A stretch of DNA of 64,000 nucleotides from Fimbriosthenelais zetlandica. Taxonomy: Eukaryota. Positions within the stretch are counted from its first letter, which is position 1. The number at the start of each line of letters is the position of its first letter. A program made the translations under genes and the position numbers. The stretch lies in assembly GCA_977030845.1 (NCBI GenBank), contig OZ365113.1, positions 33,852,001 to 33,916,000 on the forward strand, written 5' to 3'. The notes beneath the pieces were generated by a model. That model made no database searches, was not told the DNA's origin, and was given only the letters and a program-made list of their open reading frames with translations. Below, piece by piece: positions 35,642-47,743 of this stretch.

Positions 35642-36913
35642 CTAAGAAGTGTAAAGTGTCTTATTCCTGCAAGCATTCCAGTAGGTGGTGAAGTATTGTG
35701 GTCGTACCCCATGAATTGCCATCCAGTTTTTGTCATAAGGACATGTAATGTTAGCGTTCACGGTGGCCATTGATGGGTGCGGCACCAAATGAAATCCCCC
35801 TAAATTCATTACAGTCGCTTTCTTCGTACCTTTATACATCGCTTGCATCACTAGTGCGAAATAAATATCCTCTAGAACAAATATAGGAACATTTGGTGAC
35901 GTGTTCATCATTTGAAGTGTCAAATTGTAGGATGTTATAAAGTTTGTACCTACACAATAAGGAGGGAGTGATTTATTCGGGTATTCATTCCAGGTTAAGT
36001 AAAATTTGGACTTTACGTAGCGGACTGGTTTTGACCATACGTAACATTTTCCTACGATAGCTGACTGTAATTTATCTCTGTCTCTGTTGACTAGTTCAAT
36101 GATATTCGGTACATTGAGAAAATTATCATCAGCTGTTCTCACCACAAAGCGCGCCATGTTGCAATGTTTCTTAAACCAATGATATCCACCAAGGACTTTG
36201 ATGGAGAGATTGTAGTAAGAATCGATATAGTCATCCTGCTGTATGTCACCAAATTCTCTAGATTCAGCATCCACTATTTTCTGCTGGTCTATGGGCCAGC
36301 CCGCCCCAAACAGAAAGATATGCCTTGAAATATTACCAGTTATTTTCTTACTAAATGAGGCCCAAGTTTGACGAATGGCCTTTCTCTCAGCAACAGCACT
36401 AGGCACTGTAGTTATCAGCAGTATAATATCCACTTTTGAATGCCCATCACAGACTTTGGGGACAATTAAATTTTTATATTGGTATTTGAAACAATTGTTA
36501 CATTCTTTTTGTCTCACATGTCTTGGAAACGTCCTTTGCCACAAATACTGATGACCTCCGAGAAAACGTATTTCAGTGGGCAAGTAACCTTTAGAATTTG
36601 TATCCCGTTTCCATGGCATAAATCCATCCTTAGGTAGATCTTGCTTTCTACTTCCTCCGTTTTCTGACCCGTTTCCTATGCTTCCTAATTTGGTTGCTGT
36701 TTTTTTCATAACTACATAGTATCTGTTAATATGTTCTCTCATAAATCCGACAAAGTCCTTTCCACTTTTTTCCAGATTTTCAAACGTGGATAGGATAATT
36801 GGTTTAGAAGAAGTTTGTGTCGTTCTGATAGTGTGTACCTGTGTTTTAAGTATAATCACAAAAGGGGAATAGAAACATAGACAAGCTAGTAACAGACGGT
36901 AGGTACATGCCAT
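35642..36913 (-). CDS. GT31-family beta-1,3-galactosyltransferase-like type II membrane protein, single coding exon
   Basis: Likely start ATG 36913 (AATATGG). N-terminal hydrophobic anchor, then LLITTVP...ERKAIRQTW, HIFLFG, ESREFGDIQQDDYIDSYYNLSIK, RTADDNFLN, YPNKSLPPYC.G, EDIYF and IHG motifs. The exact subfamily cannot be assigned. Confidence 0.88.
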   Translation of the reverse strand: MACTYRLLLACLCFYSPFVIILKTQVHTIRTTQTSSKPIILSTFENLEKSGKDFVGFMREHINRYYVVMKKTATKLGSIGNGSENGGSRKQDLPKDGFMPWKRDTNSKGYLPTEIRFLGGHQYLWQRTFPRHVRQKECNNCFKYQYKNLIVPKVCDGHSKVDIILLITTVPSAVAERKAIRQTWASFSKKITGNISRHIFLFGAGWPIDQQKIVDAESREFGDIQQDDYIDSYYNLSIKVLGGYHWFKKHCNMARFVVRTADDNFLNVPNIIELVNRDRDKLQSAIVGKCYVWSKPVRYVKSKFYLTWNEYPNKSLPPYCVGTNFITSYNLTLQMMNTSPNVPIFVLEDIYFALVMQAMYKGTKKATVMNLGGFHLVPHPSMATVNANITCPYDKNWMAIHGVRPQYFTTYWNACRNKTLYTS

Positions 36914-38955
36914 ATTTCCATACACATACTCCTGTTATAGGCCTAATCATTATGTGTAGGTCTATACTTAGGCCTATAACCGCTTACGTATTGGTCCCAT
37001 TCAGCTCTGGATACTAGGCTTGAGTTTAGCTTGACAGGCTAGACAGTCTCCTCAACTTTGGTCAAAGAGTATTTGTGCCCTATATAATATACTCCTTGTT
37101 TTGGTGTAGAAATTTTGAGTAAAAATGAAATTGTTCAGTAGAGCAACTGGGTGACTGGAGCCGGGGAGATTATGAAACTTGGTCAGGGACCTTTTCCAAG
37201 ATGCGGAGGTATATGACTGCTAGTGCATAAAACTACGAGAAGTGGGCCAAAATATAATTAGAGCAGAAACAAGCTTCTCAACAAATCAGGGAATGGCCAG
37301 GCCTATATGACTACAGGGTGACAGCTCTTGTATTCTCATGGGATTTAACAGTTCCCTCCGTGACACAAGTATAGGCATATAACCCATATAAGTCTACAAT
37401 GTATACGATAATGACTATCATGGCAGACATGCTACATACATAATATGCCACTAATGTTGGAAAGAAGGGTACATTTATAGGGGACCTTTTAGCTTGCTAT
37501 TAGGGTATAGGAAAACATTTGAATCTATTCAGCGCGTCATCCCTCTTGACTGAAATAATAAACGGGAATCGAAATCATCTGTATGTTTCTCTATATTGCT
37601 TCAGTACTTCACCAGTTGGCCAATTCATATAAAAGGCTTCTGCAGGTTTACCCGCGGCTCTATCATTTCACCTCTGTTCTTCAACTCATTAGGGCTATTC
37701 AAATTTTTAGACACTTTTTGTTCAAAAACTTTGAACTTGAAATAGCCACCTCCACTAACCAATAAGCGCCCACAATTTTAAAAGAACCTGGATCATCTGC
37801 CCTTTTTCTACCCCTGTAACGCCTGAAAATGGCGTATTAATGAATATTACAGCAATAATAAATCGTACAAGGTACAACACAATTTAATGCTTGACATAAA
37901 AGTGTGACTAGAACTATATAATTCTGCTGACATCTACCAGACAATGATCAACCTAGAATATCTTAGAATCTGGGTCAAACAATGCGCATCTAGCACGAAA
38001 TTTCTAATTGTCATGAGGAGAGAAGCTTTACGTTCAGTGATAGTGATAGTGCAACTTTAATAATTTTATGCCAGGCATGCGTGGGAGTGTGGGACATATA
38101 TTTGACATGATTCTTTGTGACTCTATAAGCTACTTCTATATAGAATCACCGGGTAATTTTATTACCATTGTCGTGATGTTAGCCTAAATATACCCTATGC
38201 TAATATATTGATCTTTACTTAATGGTTTTTTTTTTAATCAGCAACTACATGGTAAAGCTCTATATTTTATCAACTGGAGGTACTCATGGGTTATCATGGG
38301 TATAAATGGAGCATATAAAACAAACCAAGATAGATGTTCATGTACTTAGAAAAAGATTATCTTTAAATCAAATTTTTACCCAGAAATTTCTCGGAAGAGG
38401 TGATAAACACATGAGCTGTTGCTTGGTGTTGAGTCTTTGGTTATAAATAATGAGTATATTTATGTATAGTGCGCATGGAACAGGCGGAGTTAAAGAGCTG
38501 GAGATGAGATGTAATGAGTCGAAGGAACTGATAGGGAGGTACTGCAGTGATACATGTATACATAGTTATATATAATGGCTCTATTTTAATTTAACATATT
38601 TAGAACCGTACTAGAAATTTCTGAGGGGGCCTCTTGGGGCTGCATGTCTCCTGCAAGGAACAGCCATCGATACTTATCTTTGTTCCAAATCTCGCAATGT
38701 TTAAACATAAGTTGTACATAAAAAGGGCTAGAAGTGTTAATATATGTATTGAAAATGCATTATGCTTTCCCTTCTAATCGTATTCTTTACATGTACATTA
38801 TATTGTGTGTATATATCAAACTAGATATCAAATTTCAAATTTATAGACCTTGATCTGAAGCCTACTGTAGGCTGAAAAGTAGGTTGAAACAACCGAAAGT
38901 GGTATGGTGAAACAAAAGGTCTATAATAATAAAATGAAGAAGAACGTCAACTAAC

Positions 38956-38968
38956 CTTTGCCTGCCAT
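38956..38968 (-). CDS. Candidate 13-nt first coding exon (MAGK + G) in a CpG-rich stretch
   Basis: ACTATGG Kozak context followed by a G|GTTAGT donor in phase 1, compatible with channel exon 34388. Confidence 0.3.
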
Positions 38969-39545
38969 AGTGCGATGCTCGCGGTCTGCTAGCCGGCTGT
39001 TAAATGCTCATGAGCAGCTCGTCTTTTCTACGAGTGCAGCTCACTCACAGAAGTGGATGCATACATATTGCTAACACTGAACAGGATGCTTTATCTCCGC
39101 ACACACAAACACTTAGCCTGGCACGAGGTCAGTGAAATGAATGGGTCACATTTGTAAATAACTCTTCGGGCCATGATTGTCAAATGATAGCAATAATGGG
39201 TCTCTATAGGTCAGGGGTTCATTCGTCATTCCAAATGCCTTACTTTTTAATTTGGTAGGCCCTATTACTTTTCCTATTACGTCTTCCTGTCATTATTTTG
39301 TACTCTCGAACGTACGACGTATGAAAATAAATTAATAAATCATTAAACGTTGGATATTTTATTGTATAAATGACATGAATATATTAACCGGGAATAGGTA
39401 GCTATAACTTGGTCTGGACCGCCTAGTGGCAAATCCTGCATACATGCCTGACACTGGTGCATCCACGCCAGAGAATGTTACACAGAGGAGTTGAGGAAAT
39501 AGAGGCCAGCCACCTTGTGGTAGGGACAAGAACCAAGAATCAGTC

Positions 39546-39719
39546 CTGGGGCCCATTTTACTAAGACAACGAGACCCAACGACCCCTCGTAGAAGCATTT
39601 CCATTGTACCATCGTTGAAAATGCTTATTGTTGACAGCTAAGATTGTCAACGATGGTACAATGGAAATGGTTCTACGAGGGGTCGTTGGGTCTCGTTGGC
39701 TTAGTTAAATGGGCCCCAG
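39546..39719. mobile_element. MITE-like palindrome with ~73-bp inverted arms
   Basis: 39546-39618 is the near-perfect reverse complement of 39647-39719. Confidence 0.8.
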
Positions 39720-39971
39720 TTGCAATACTGTAATCCAATTCCCCAAGCCACAATTATCTTCTCTTAAAAATATCTACTGGGGCCATGGAAGATTTATGCG
39801 TTGGAGAAGGTGGGTTGGGTATATAGAGGGTGTCATTCAGGTGTTTGATACAGTGATATGCTCCCACGCCCTTTCCTGTCCGTCTTCTATCTCCCTTTCC
39901 AAAATCCTGGATTCGCCCCAAACCAGATATCCGGTTCTGCTGCCTTACAGTGTGTGTTCCTCAACCCCTTT

Positions 39972-42900
39972 TTATCCAGAATTACTGATAGATAGTGTCT
40001 TTGTTGAACCACTCGCTTCGCCACTACTAAGCCGTCCACATATGTCCTCCGCCACTTTCTTTCTCAAAACATAACTGACGAATATAACCACCCCTTGTGA
40101 CGCATTGAGAATAATGAATATAATCCATAGAGCCTCGTGGCCAACAAAAGCAGCCACGAAGCCCACAATCCAGCACACTCCCATGAGAGCGGCCAGTCGT
40201 AGGTGGACTGTGGCGTTAGGCCGCTGAACTGTAGACCTGATCTTGGTCTGAATGATTCTACGTAGGTTCAATATTGTCATCACCAGAAACACAATAGTTA
40301 AGATCTGACAAACGGCCATAACCACTCCAAAATATACCAACAGGGCATACCTCTGATTGAACCAACAAAGCTGTCGTCCAAAATCTGGTTTAAACCTGGA
40401 GTCAATGTCGGCAAAGTCTAAGCCGATGGCAGCCATTGTAATCAAGGCGGAAAACCCCCATGAGAAGGCTATGTATAGACAAAGGGTCGTGCGTCGCCGA
40501 CTTGGTGCGACTAGGGTGCGAGAAGGGCGAAAAGTGGTCCAGGTATCTATTGATACAGTCATCATGGAGAAAAAGGCCGCCATGAAGAACCAATACAGAA
40601 GAGCTCCACTAACAGCGCAGCCTAGACTCCCTCTGGTCTCCTCCCCTCCACTAAATACAGTAAACCTCCCATCCTGAGACAGGCCAGTGGATGGCTTGTG
40701 ATCCTGACCGACCCTACCAGCCACGAGAATCATGAGAAACGCCAGCATGAGAGCCAGGCAGAGATTAGCCTGCATGCGGCCAGCGAAACTATCAAAGTAC
40801 TTAATAAACAACTGGAGTATTAACCTGATGAAGAGACAGATAATAGATAGGGACAGGAGAACCAAAGAGAGGATAGACAGAATGTTTGTTACATGAAGGT
40901 TGACTCCATTCGCCATCTCTGACTCTGGCACACAGACAAAAGCCTTATCCCCTGATATCTCAAACTCCTCTTCTATGAAATCTTTTTTCACAGTTTTTAA
41001 ATTCAAAGTACCATTGATTAAGCTGAACTCGTCCTTGTCAAACGAAAACCATTTACACCTCATTAATCTTTGGTGACTGAAGACAATGGATTCATCGATG
41101 TCTACTTGAACTAGTCCAAGATCTACGTCACCTTCTCTTAAAGCTAACAGTATCTGATCTTTCAAAAAATGACTGACATTCACAGTCATTGACAAGAACT
41201 CAAATTGAAAGGTAGAATTAGCATCTACTTCTAAATACAAACTGAACAGTACTTCCATATGATAAAGAGATGTCGCATTCACACTTTGGACAACTTTCAT
41301 CACTAGATCTGGCTGATTGTTCGTATGGCCAGATTCGTTCAGCTGTTTTTGAATGACTCGCTCAATTTTTTCTGGAAGTTCTTGTCTCTTGAGCCATTTT
41401 TCCATGAGTTTTCCATCGTCAGACCTGTTAAATATCAGCGACAATGTCGCAAGTTGGACCGTTTGATTGAGAAGGTGGCATTCATCGTCAATCAGTCGTA
41501 GGTTTCCAGGACAAGCATACCGCTGACATTGCGTTGATCCGCTGACTCGGGCATGGTGCTCCGGGCAGGGATGCTGTCCTACAGTTAACCCAGCTGCCGG
41601 GTTAAAATCAAATAATATATTCAAAGCAGTTCCAGGTGGGCGGATCCCAACAAGACAGTTTGCTTCATAAAGACACTGCGACATTCCCGCATGACCTGCA
41701 CACATTGCACAGTACCTATTCCTGTAAATATCTGACCCCGCCTCAACAAAGTCTGAGGTGCCATTTCCCTCACATGCAGCCACTAATTCAGGGTTGTCAC
41801 AGGAGGTTTCACATTCCTTGATATGCGGTATGCAATATGGCCGTAAGTAATCTCCTGCTCTATAATCAAGAACAAAACCAATGAAGCATTCTGGGTCACT
41901 GAGCTGTTGCAGCAGATCATCTTGCGTACTAATATTTCTCATCTCGATGTCATCGTCTTGTGGCTGAGCTTCTGGATCATAATCATAATCTGAATCATAA
42001 TAATAAAATGGAGAATCCCTGGTGCAGAATACCTGCGGCTCTAGATGAGCCGTCCGAGTTGCTCCGTTGCACTGAGCGCATCTGAAGTTAACATAGGTAA
42101 TTCCACTGTCAAGATCTGTCACTGGGATTCCCAGATTTGGATCTGTCAAGTCCCCAATACGGATCTCGCAGGTCTGGCCCGTGGGTCCACAGATAGAAAC
42201 AAAGCTGTACGACTCGTGAGGACATCCCATACCGCCGCCACTGATCTCTCCATCAAGGATTGTTGGAAGATCGATACACACACTCTGCCTGTACTTGAAT
42301 TGTCTCAGATATGGTTCAACTGTCGCTAATTCCTCCGGACAAACCTGTTGGAAATCTGGGCAGCAATCTTCATAAATCAGGCAGAGCGCATCACAGGAAC
42401 AGAACCGAGAGTAGAAATAGTCTTTATGGACGCCACAGTTCTCCTGACATGTACCGCAGTTGGGTAAGGGTGGAGGCAATGGGGATCCTGGTTGACAGTA
42501 AAGATTGACAGCTGACACAGACATGGGAGCTGTCACTGTCAACAACCAAACGACCCACCATACCTAAACATGAAAAACAAGAATTAGAATGTGTGTCTGA
42601 TTCCCAAGCTTTCAAGCAAAAGTGCAAAATAACAGAAAGTTTGAGAAAAGATTTAATTAAAAATGAAACCACATACAGTACATGTACACTGACTCTTTCA
42701 TAATGAAGCAGGTTAGAGAGATAAGTCGATATTGAATTACCTTAAGTTGCATTCATAGTCGCTATATGATTTCTGGGTTCTTCAAATGAGTTACACTTTG
42801 CACATCGATATCTTCATAATCTTACTCTGTAAACTTGCATAAAATAACGCATGGTCCTAGCTAAAGTGTGCCCTTTTAACCAGATATCATCCTTTATTGC

Positions 42901-43003
42901 GGTGAAAATCAACTGCGTTAAAAATATAAAACTATAATATCTATAATAACATAAAAACATAGATATTGGAATAGACGTTGAGTCACCCTACCTTATAAGC
43001 CAT
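39972..43003 (-). CDS. Family-B (Methuselah-like/adhesion-related) GPCR with N-terminal somatomedin-B domain, ~867 aa; exons 43003-42992 and 42563-39972
   Basis: The spliced signal peptide reads MAYK|VWWVVWLLTVTAPMSVSA (ACCATGG Kozak). SMB motif C.C...C....DCC.D...C, Cys-rich region, Mth-like juxtamembrane C..FSFDKDEF...NG.L...AFVC, and seven hydrophobic helices with GC (TM3), CWF (ECL2) and LNASQGVVIF (TM7). Confidence 0.88.
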
Positions 43004-43388
43004 GGTCTGCAATGTCTAGTAGGCCTGTCACTAGTTGGCTATATATTTGCTTATTTACAAACGAATTGCCTACTGGTTTACTGGAGAGGGAAGTGTGAAC
43101 TAGAGCAAAATATGGCGTAAAACACAGCCGAGGACGTCGGTGGTTTAGAAGTCTATGGACACATTTGCACGTACAGCTTAGCACACGGTTGGGCCATCTA
43201 TAATACCCTTAGCTAGATAAATCCCTCTGTCCCCTCATTGGTACATTTAAATATTACCCAGAATTCCCCATTTTATGTTATTGTCCCTTTGTTTGCTACA
43301 AGCTGACCAAGCCGCTATTATGCTTGCATTGATGCTGGCCACTCACTGTTGCTCATACATTTCAATTACACAGACCAATTTCTTAGTG

Positions 43389-43466
43389 AATCGAGACCGG
43401 GTAGGCTTGGACTGAAGGCAATGTTGCCGAAGATTGCCTGAAGTCCAAGCCTACCCGGTCTCGATT
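43389..43466. repeat. 78-nt near-perfect hairpin (34-bp arms, 10-nt loop)
   Basis: AATCGAGACCGGGTAGGCTTGGACTGAAGGCAAT / ATTGCCTGAAGTCCAAGCCTACCCGGTCTCGATT with one 2-nt mismatch. Confidence 0.85.
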
Positions 43467-44446
43467 TACGTTCTACCACGACCAAACAACCAAGTGATAT
43501 CGTCTACCCAATTGAGTATTCTATGAAGTTGATTGTTATGCCGTAACAGATATTTGTCATCGATTGTTTGTCTTGACTTGACCAGCTCCCAAGCAGTACC
43601 AGAAAGCCAGTTTCAGTTATGTAACATACTTGACTAGCAATATTCTGGGTCAAGGTGTGCATTTTTGGTCTCTAAGTGTAGATTAGAGACGCCTGTGGAA
43701 GGGTAGGCCCTACTAACCAAGCTGGGAGTGGTAGAAAGTGGGATTGTTTAACATTGACAGATCCGATCAGGAAGCTATAGGCCTACCGCCACCATGCGCA
43801 GCTTGACCGCTCTATGGCTCAACTCATGGTACTGACAAGAAACAGAGCTGCCACCTGGTGGATTCCAACTGAAGTAACGGCACGGCGGAGCTTAGTTTAC
43901 TCGCTACAAACCAGGGGCAGCACAAAACCCCTATTATCGCCAAAAACAATGTAGCCTAAGTCTCATAAAACTCACAATGTAAGTGACTCTGTTCGTTTAC
44001 ATGCGAAGAATTCTTCATGAAAATCTACCCACGGATTTCGATTTTAGCTCATGTGGGTGATTTCATAAATTTGCAAACGCCGTCTGAAGATTCCAAGCGG
44101 TCAAAACCCCTATTATCACCCACAACAAACTGCCTACAACGTAGACTGTAGTTCCACTCCCGTCCGCTTGAGGGCTGCCCCGCCAAGAATAGGAGGGAGT
44201 GAGCGAAAATTCCAAGATCTTCCAAGCTACGCCCCATTGATTTAGCATTAGGGCCTAGATCCCACATAGAACGTGTTCCAGTCAATAATTGGTTTAGTGG
44301 ATTTCTTTAAAAAAAACCATGACCCCGAAGTCATTTGAACAGGCAACCTTCTGATCAGGAGTCAGACGTGCTACCTTTGCGCTCCGGAGTTAGTTGAGCT
44401 AGCCTACTTGTATCTAATGTAGGCCTAAATAGCCTACATTGGAATA

Positions 44447-46887
44447 GGTACTGCCCATAGGGTCCAATGTTTAAAAATTATTTAGCCCCCCCCCCCCGGA
44501 CCCCTCTCCGCCCCGCAACCTCCATCCCTACTCCACATGTCTACGCACAGCACCCCAACCAACACTCACCCAAAATTTCAGCCCGATTCTATACTTTTAA
44601 CCTGTCTAAATCCACTGGATTCTGCCAAAGTGTCCCACCCATAGGCTCAATTTTAAAAATCACTCACGATTACATGGATGTGTGCTACAGAGCCGGTTTG
44701 CCACTCCGCTATAATCGGCTTTTTCTCTACATATTAATTCCACTCAAGACCACGGTTATGTATAGGCTACGGTACTATATGACTTCTACTGATAAACCCC
44801 CAGAAAGCGGAAAAGAAAAACGAGGAATACCCCAATTTGACAAATCGGCCGCGCGAATACAGGCCTATTATATTTGTATCTAATACCATGTAAAAGAGAC
44901 TCTTTCAGGGAAAATGAGCCTTTCAGATCGAGGTTCGAACCGGCGACCCTTCACTTCTTGTGCCAGCGCTCTAACCACTTGACCACAATACACATGACTG
45001 GCATGGTATGGTATAAATCCTGGTCTGATTCCTGAGGCAGCTTACTACTCTCCATAGGGCAAAAATTATTTAGCCCCCCGTACCCCTCCCGGGTCCCCAA
45101 CCTTCACCCCCAGCCCCATGTCCACCCCAGACACCTACCCCATCCAGCCCCCAAAATTTCAGCGCTTATCTATATCGGTAACATGTCAAAATCCATCGAA
45201 TTCATCAAAAGTGTCCCGCCCATAGGCTCAATGTTAAAAATCACTCACGATTACAGGAATGTGTGCTACTGAGCCGGTTTGTCAGTCCACTCCAATCGAC
45301 CTTTTTCTCCATTTAATCTGCATTATTTCCACTCAAGCCTACGGCTATTTCGTAAGTATGACTCATACTAACAAATGTCAGAAGAACATGGAAGAAAAAC
45401 GAGGAAAGCAACGATTTTGACAAAGTTGATAAATCGGCCGAGCGTATACCGGCCTATAATTTGGCCTTTTAAAAACCTTAACAGCGCCCTCTCACTAAAA
45501 GTCGAAAAAGTTGAATAACTCTGTAAATAATGGGTCTAAAATTACAATTTAAACGGATTATTCTTAGTTGGGGGACCCTTCAGATGTCTATGTGATTTTT
45601 GATCCAATAAAATTGATTTAAAATTTCTGATTTTGAAAATTGACTGAATTTCTTCAATTAGCATTACAGTCAATGGAAGGAGGCGGCCGAACGCCAGTGG
45701 CGACCCGAGAACGGCGAGAACGTGAACTACTATGAGCAAGCCAGCATAGCCTCGCCTTCCAGCCGGGATAGAGACTTGGGGCTCGGGGCCGTAACCGTAG
45801 GCCTAGGCCAAGGTGGATATCGGGCGTTGGATGGTGTGGGGGGGGGGGGGGGGGGGGGGGGGGGGCTCACGTGGGTAGGGGAGGGTGTGCAGAATTCATT
45901 CCTGCATCTCAAACAAAATAAAAGAACAAAACCCCCTATACCCGTAGGTCTATAAATGCGTAGGATTTTACCTTGTAGCATACTCAAGACCCCGAAAAAA
46001 TAGCCACCACGGCCGTCACCCATCCCTACCACCCCCTGCCCTTAGCCTATATTCCATTATCAGTTTTGAACCCAAGGCCGTCGGCAGTAGGGAAGGAGTA
46101 GGTATCCTTGGCTTGATCGTAGTTCATCTTTTTGCCGCTGCTAATCTCGAGTCTCTGTCCCGGCTGGAAGGCGAGGCTTGTCCTACAGGCGATGGTTGCT
46201 TGGGCATAGTAGTTCACGTTCTCGCCGTTCTCGGGTCGCCACTGGCGCTTGGGAGCCTCCTTCCATTCACTCCAATGCTAACAGAAGAAATTCAGTCCAT
46301 TTTGAAAATCCAAAATTTTAAATGAATTTTATTTGAACAAAAACCACATAGACAGCAGAAGGGTCTCCTAACTAAGAATAATCCGTTTGAATTGTAATTT
46401 TAGACCCATTATTTACAAAGTTATTCAACGTTTACGACTTTTAGTGAGAGGGCGCTGTTAAGGTTTTTAAAAGGCCAAATTATAGGCCGGTATGCGCTCG
46501 GCCGATTTGTCAACTTTCCAGAAATCGAGGTTTTCCTCGTTTTTCTTCTCCATTTTCTGGGGGGTTTATCGGTAGAAGTCATATAGTGTACATAACCGTG
46601 GTGTTGAGTGGAAATAATATGTATTAGATAGAGAAAAAGCCGATTATAGCGGACTAGCAAACCGGCTCTGGAGCACACAGCCATGTAACATTGCGCCTAT
46701 GGGAGGGACACTTTTGAAGAAACCAGTGGATTTAGACAGGTTAGAATCATAGAATCGGGCTGAAATTTTGGGAGAGGGTTGGTTGGGGTGGTGGGCGTAG
46801 ACATGGGGGATTGGGTTGGAGATTGGGGGGCCGGAGAGGGGTCGGGGGGCTAAATAATTTTTAACATTGGAGCCTATGGGCAGTACC
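44447..46887. mobile_element. Non-autonomous foldback-type DNA element with long inverted arms, TA-flanked
   Basis: TA|GGTACTGCCCATAGG ... CCTATGGGCAGTACC|TA. 45044-45790 is inverted at 46130-46887. The left side carries an extra tandem copy (44447-44880). Poly-G spacer, no transposase ORF. Confidence 0.75.
44925..44995 (-). mobile_element. tRNA-derived SINE head
   Basis: The minus strand reads TGGTCAAGTGG (A box) ... GGTTCGAACC (B box). No intact cloverleaf. Confidence 0.55.
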
Positions 46888-47110
46888 TACACACTGGGCT
46901 ATTCAAAGCGATTTTGACAGGTTAACTGTTTCAAATCGGGCTGGCGTTTTTGCATAGCGATGGTAGGAGCTCTGGAGGTAGACATGCGGGTTGGGGTGGA
47001 GGTTGGGGGACCGGGAGGAGTCCGGGGGTCAAAATAATTTTAAACATTGTGATTCAGTCTTGCCCTCGGCGGGGTGTAATGAAGTGACCTGAGAGACTGT
47101 GACACTGCGT

Positions 47111-47180
47111 GGGGCCGGTAGAGTAGAGGTAAGACACTCGCCTGGAACGCGAGCGACCGGGTTTCGTTTCTCCGTTACAC
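47111..47180 (+). pseudogene. tRNA-like relic (Gly/Asp-like scaffold; pseudo-tRNA or SINE head)
   Basis: A-box-like TAGAGTAGAGG; perfect anticodon stem CTCGC/GCGAG around loop CTGGAAC; degenerate T arm. Confidence 0.5.
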
Positions 47181-47711
47181 ACTGCCCTTTTTGTTATATG
47201 ATTCAATAAAAGAAATAAAGTAATTCATTTCGATTGATTTGATTTATTTCTCAGATCCAATATTGGTTGTATATATAGGTAGGCTACTTAAGATGCTGGA
47301 TGCAGTCGAACAATGATCCCAAGAAAGTATACCTTGAATAGAACTGCAAAGAAAGAAATGCAAATTGATAAATATATAGTTTAATCAAGTAAATGACCCA
47401 AATTTACTTACGCCCCTACACTTGCCCCTTGAATATCAATGCATTGCGTCGTAAGTGACGACTGCGTAATTGTAATTTCCACTACCTTTGCGAGATTGTC
47501 CAGGAGTTAATAACATTCAAGGACTATAGTCCATGACAGCTGTATACAATGTATAGTCATTAATTACCAGTCCAATTTGTAATTAAAAACCCCCACATAT
47601 TTATACTACGGCCCCCTACAGAATTTTTATTTCTTGTGACTCCCATTAGATCTTACTTAAAGACATGAATTAATTATTGCTAAAATATAAGATAAAAAAC
47701 AAGAACAAACA

Positions 47712-47743
<32 letters not shown>

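Noticed and set aside
40357-42508. Plus-strand ORFs overlapping the GPCR
   Set aside because: Antisense shadows of a long coding exon.
44467-46684. ORFs inside the foldback element as a transposase
   Set aside because: Short, with no DDE/D or DNA-binding motifs; mirrored on both arms.
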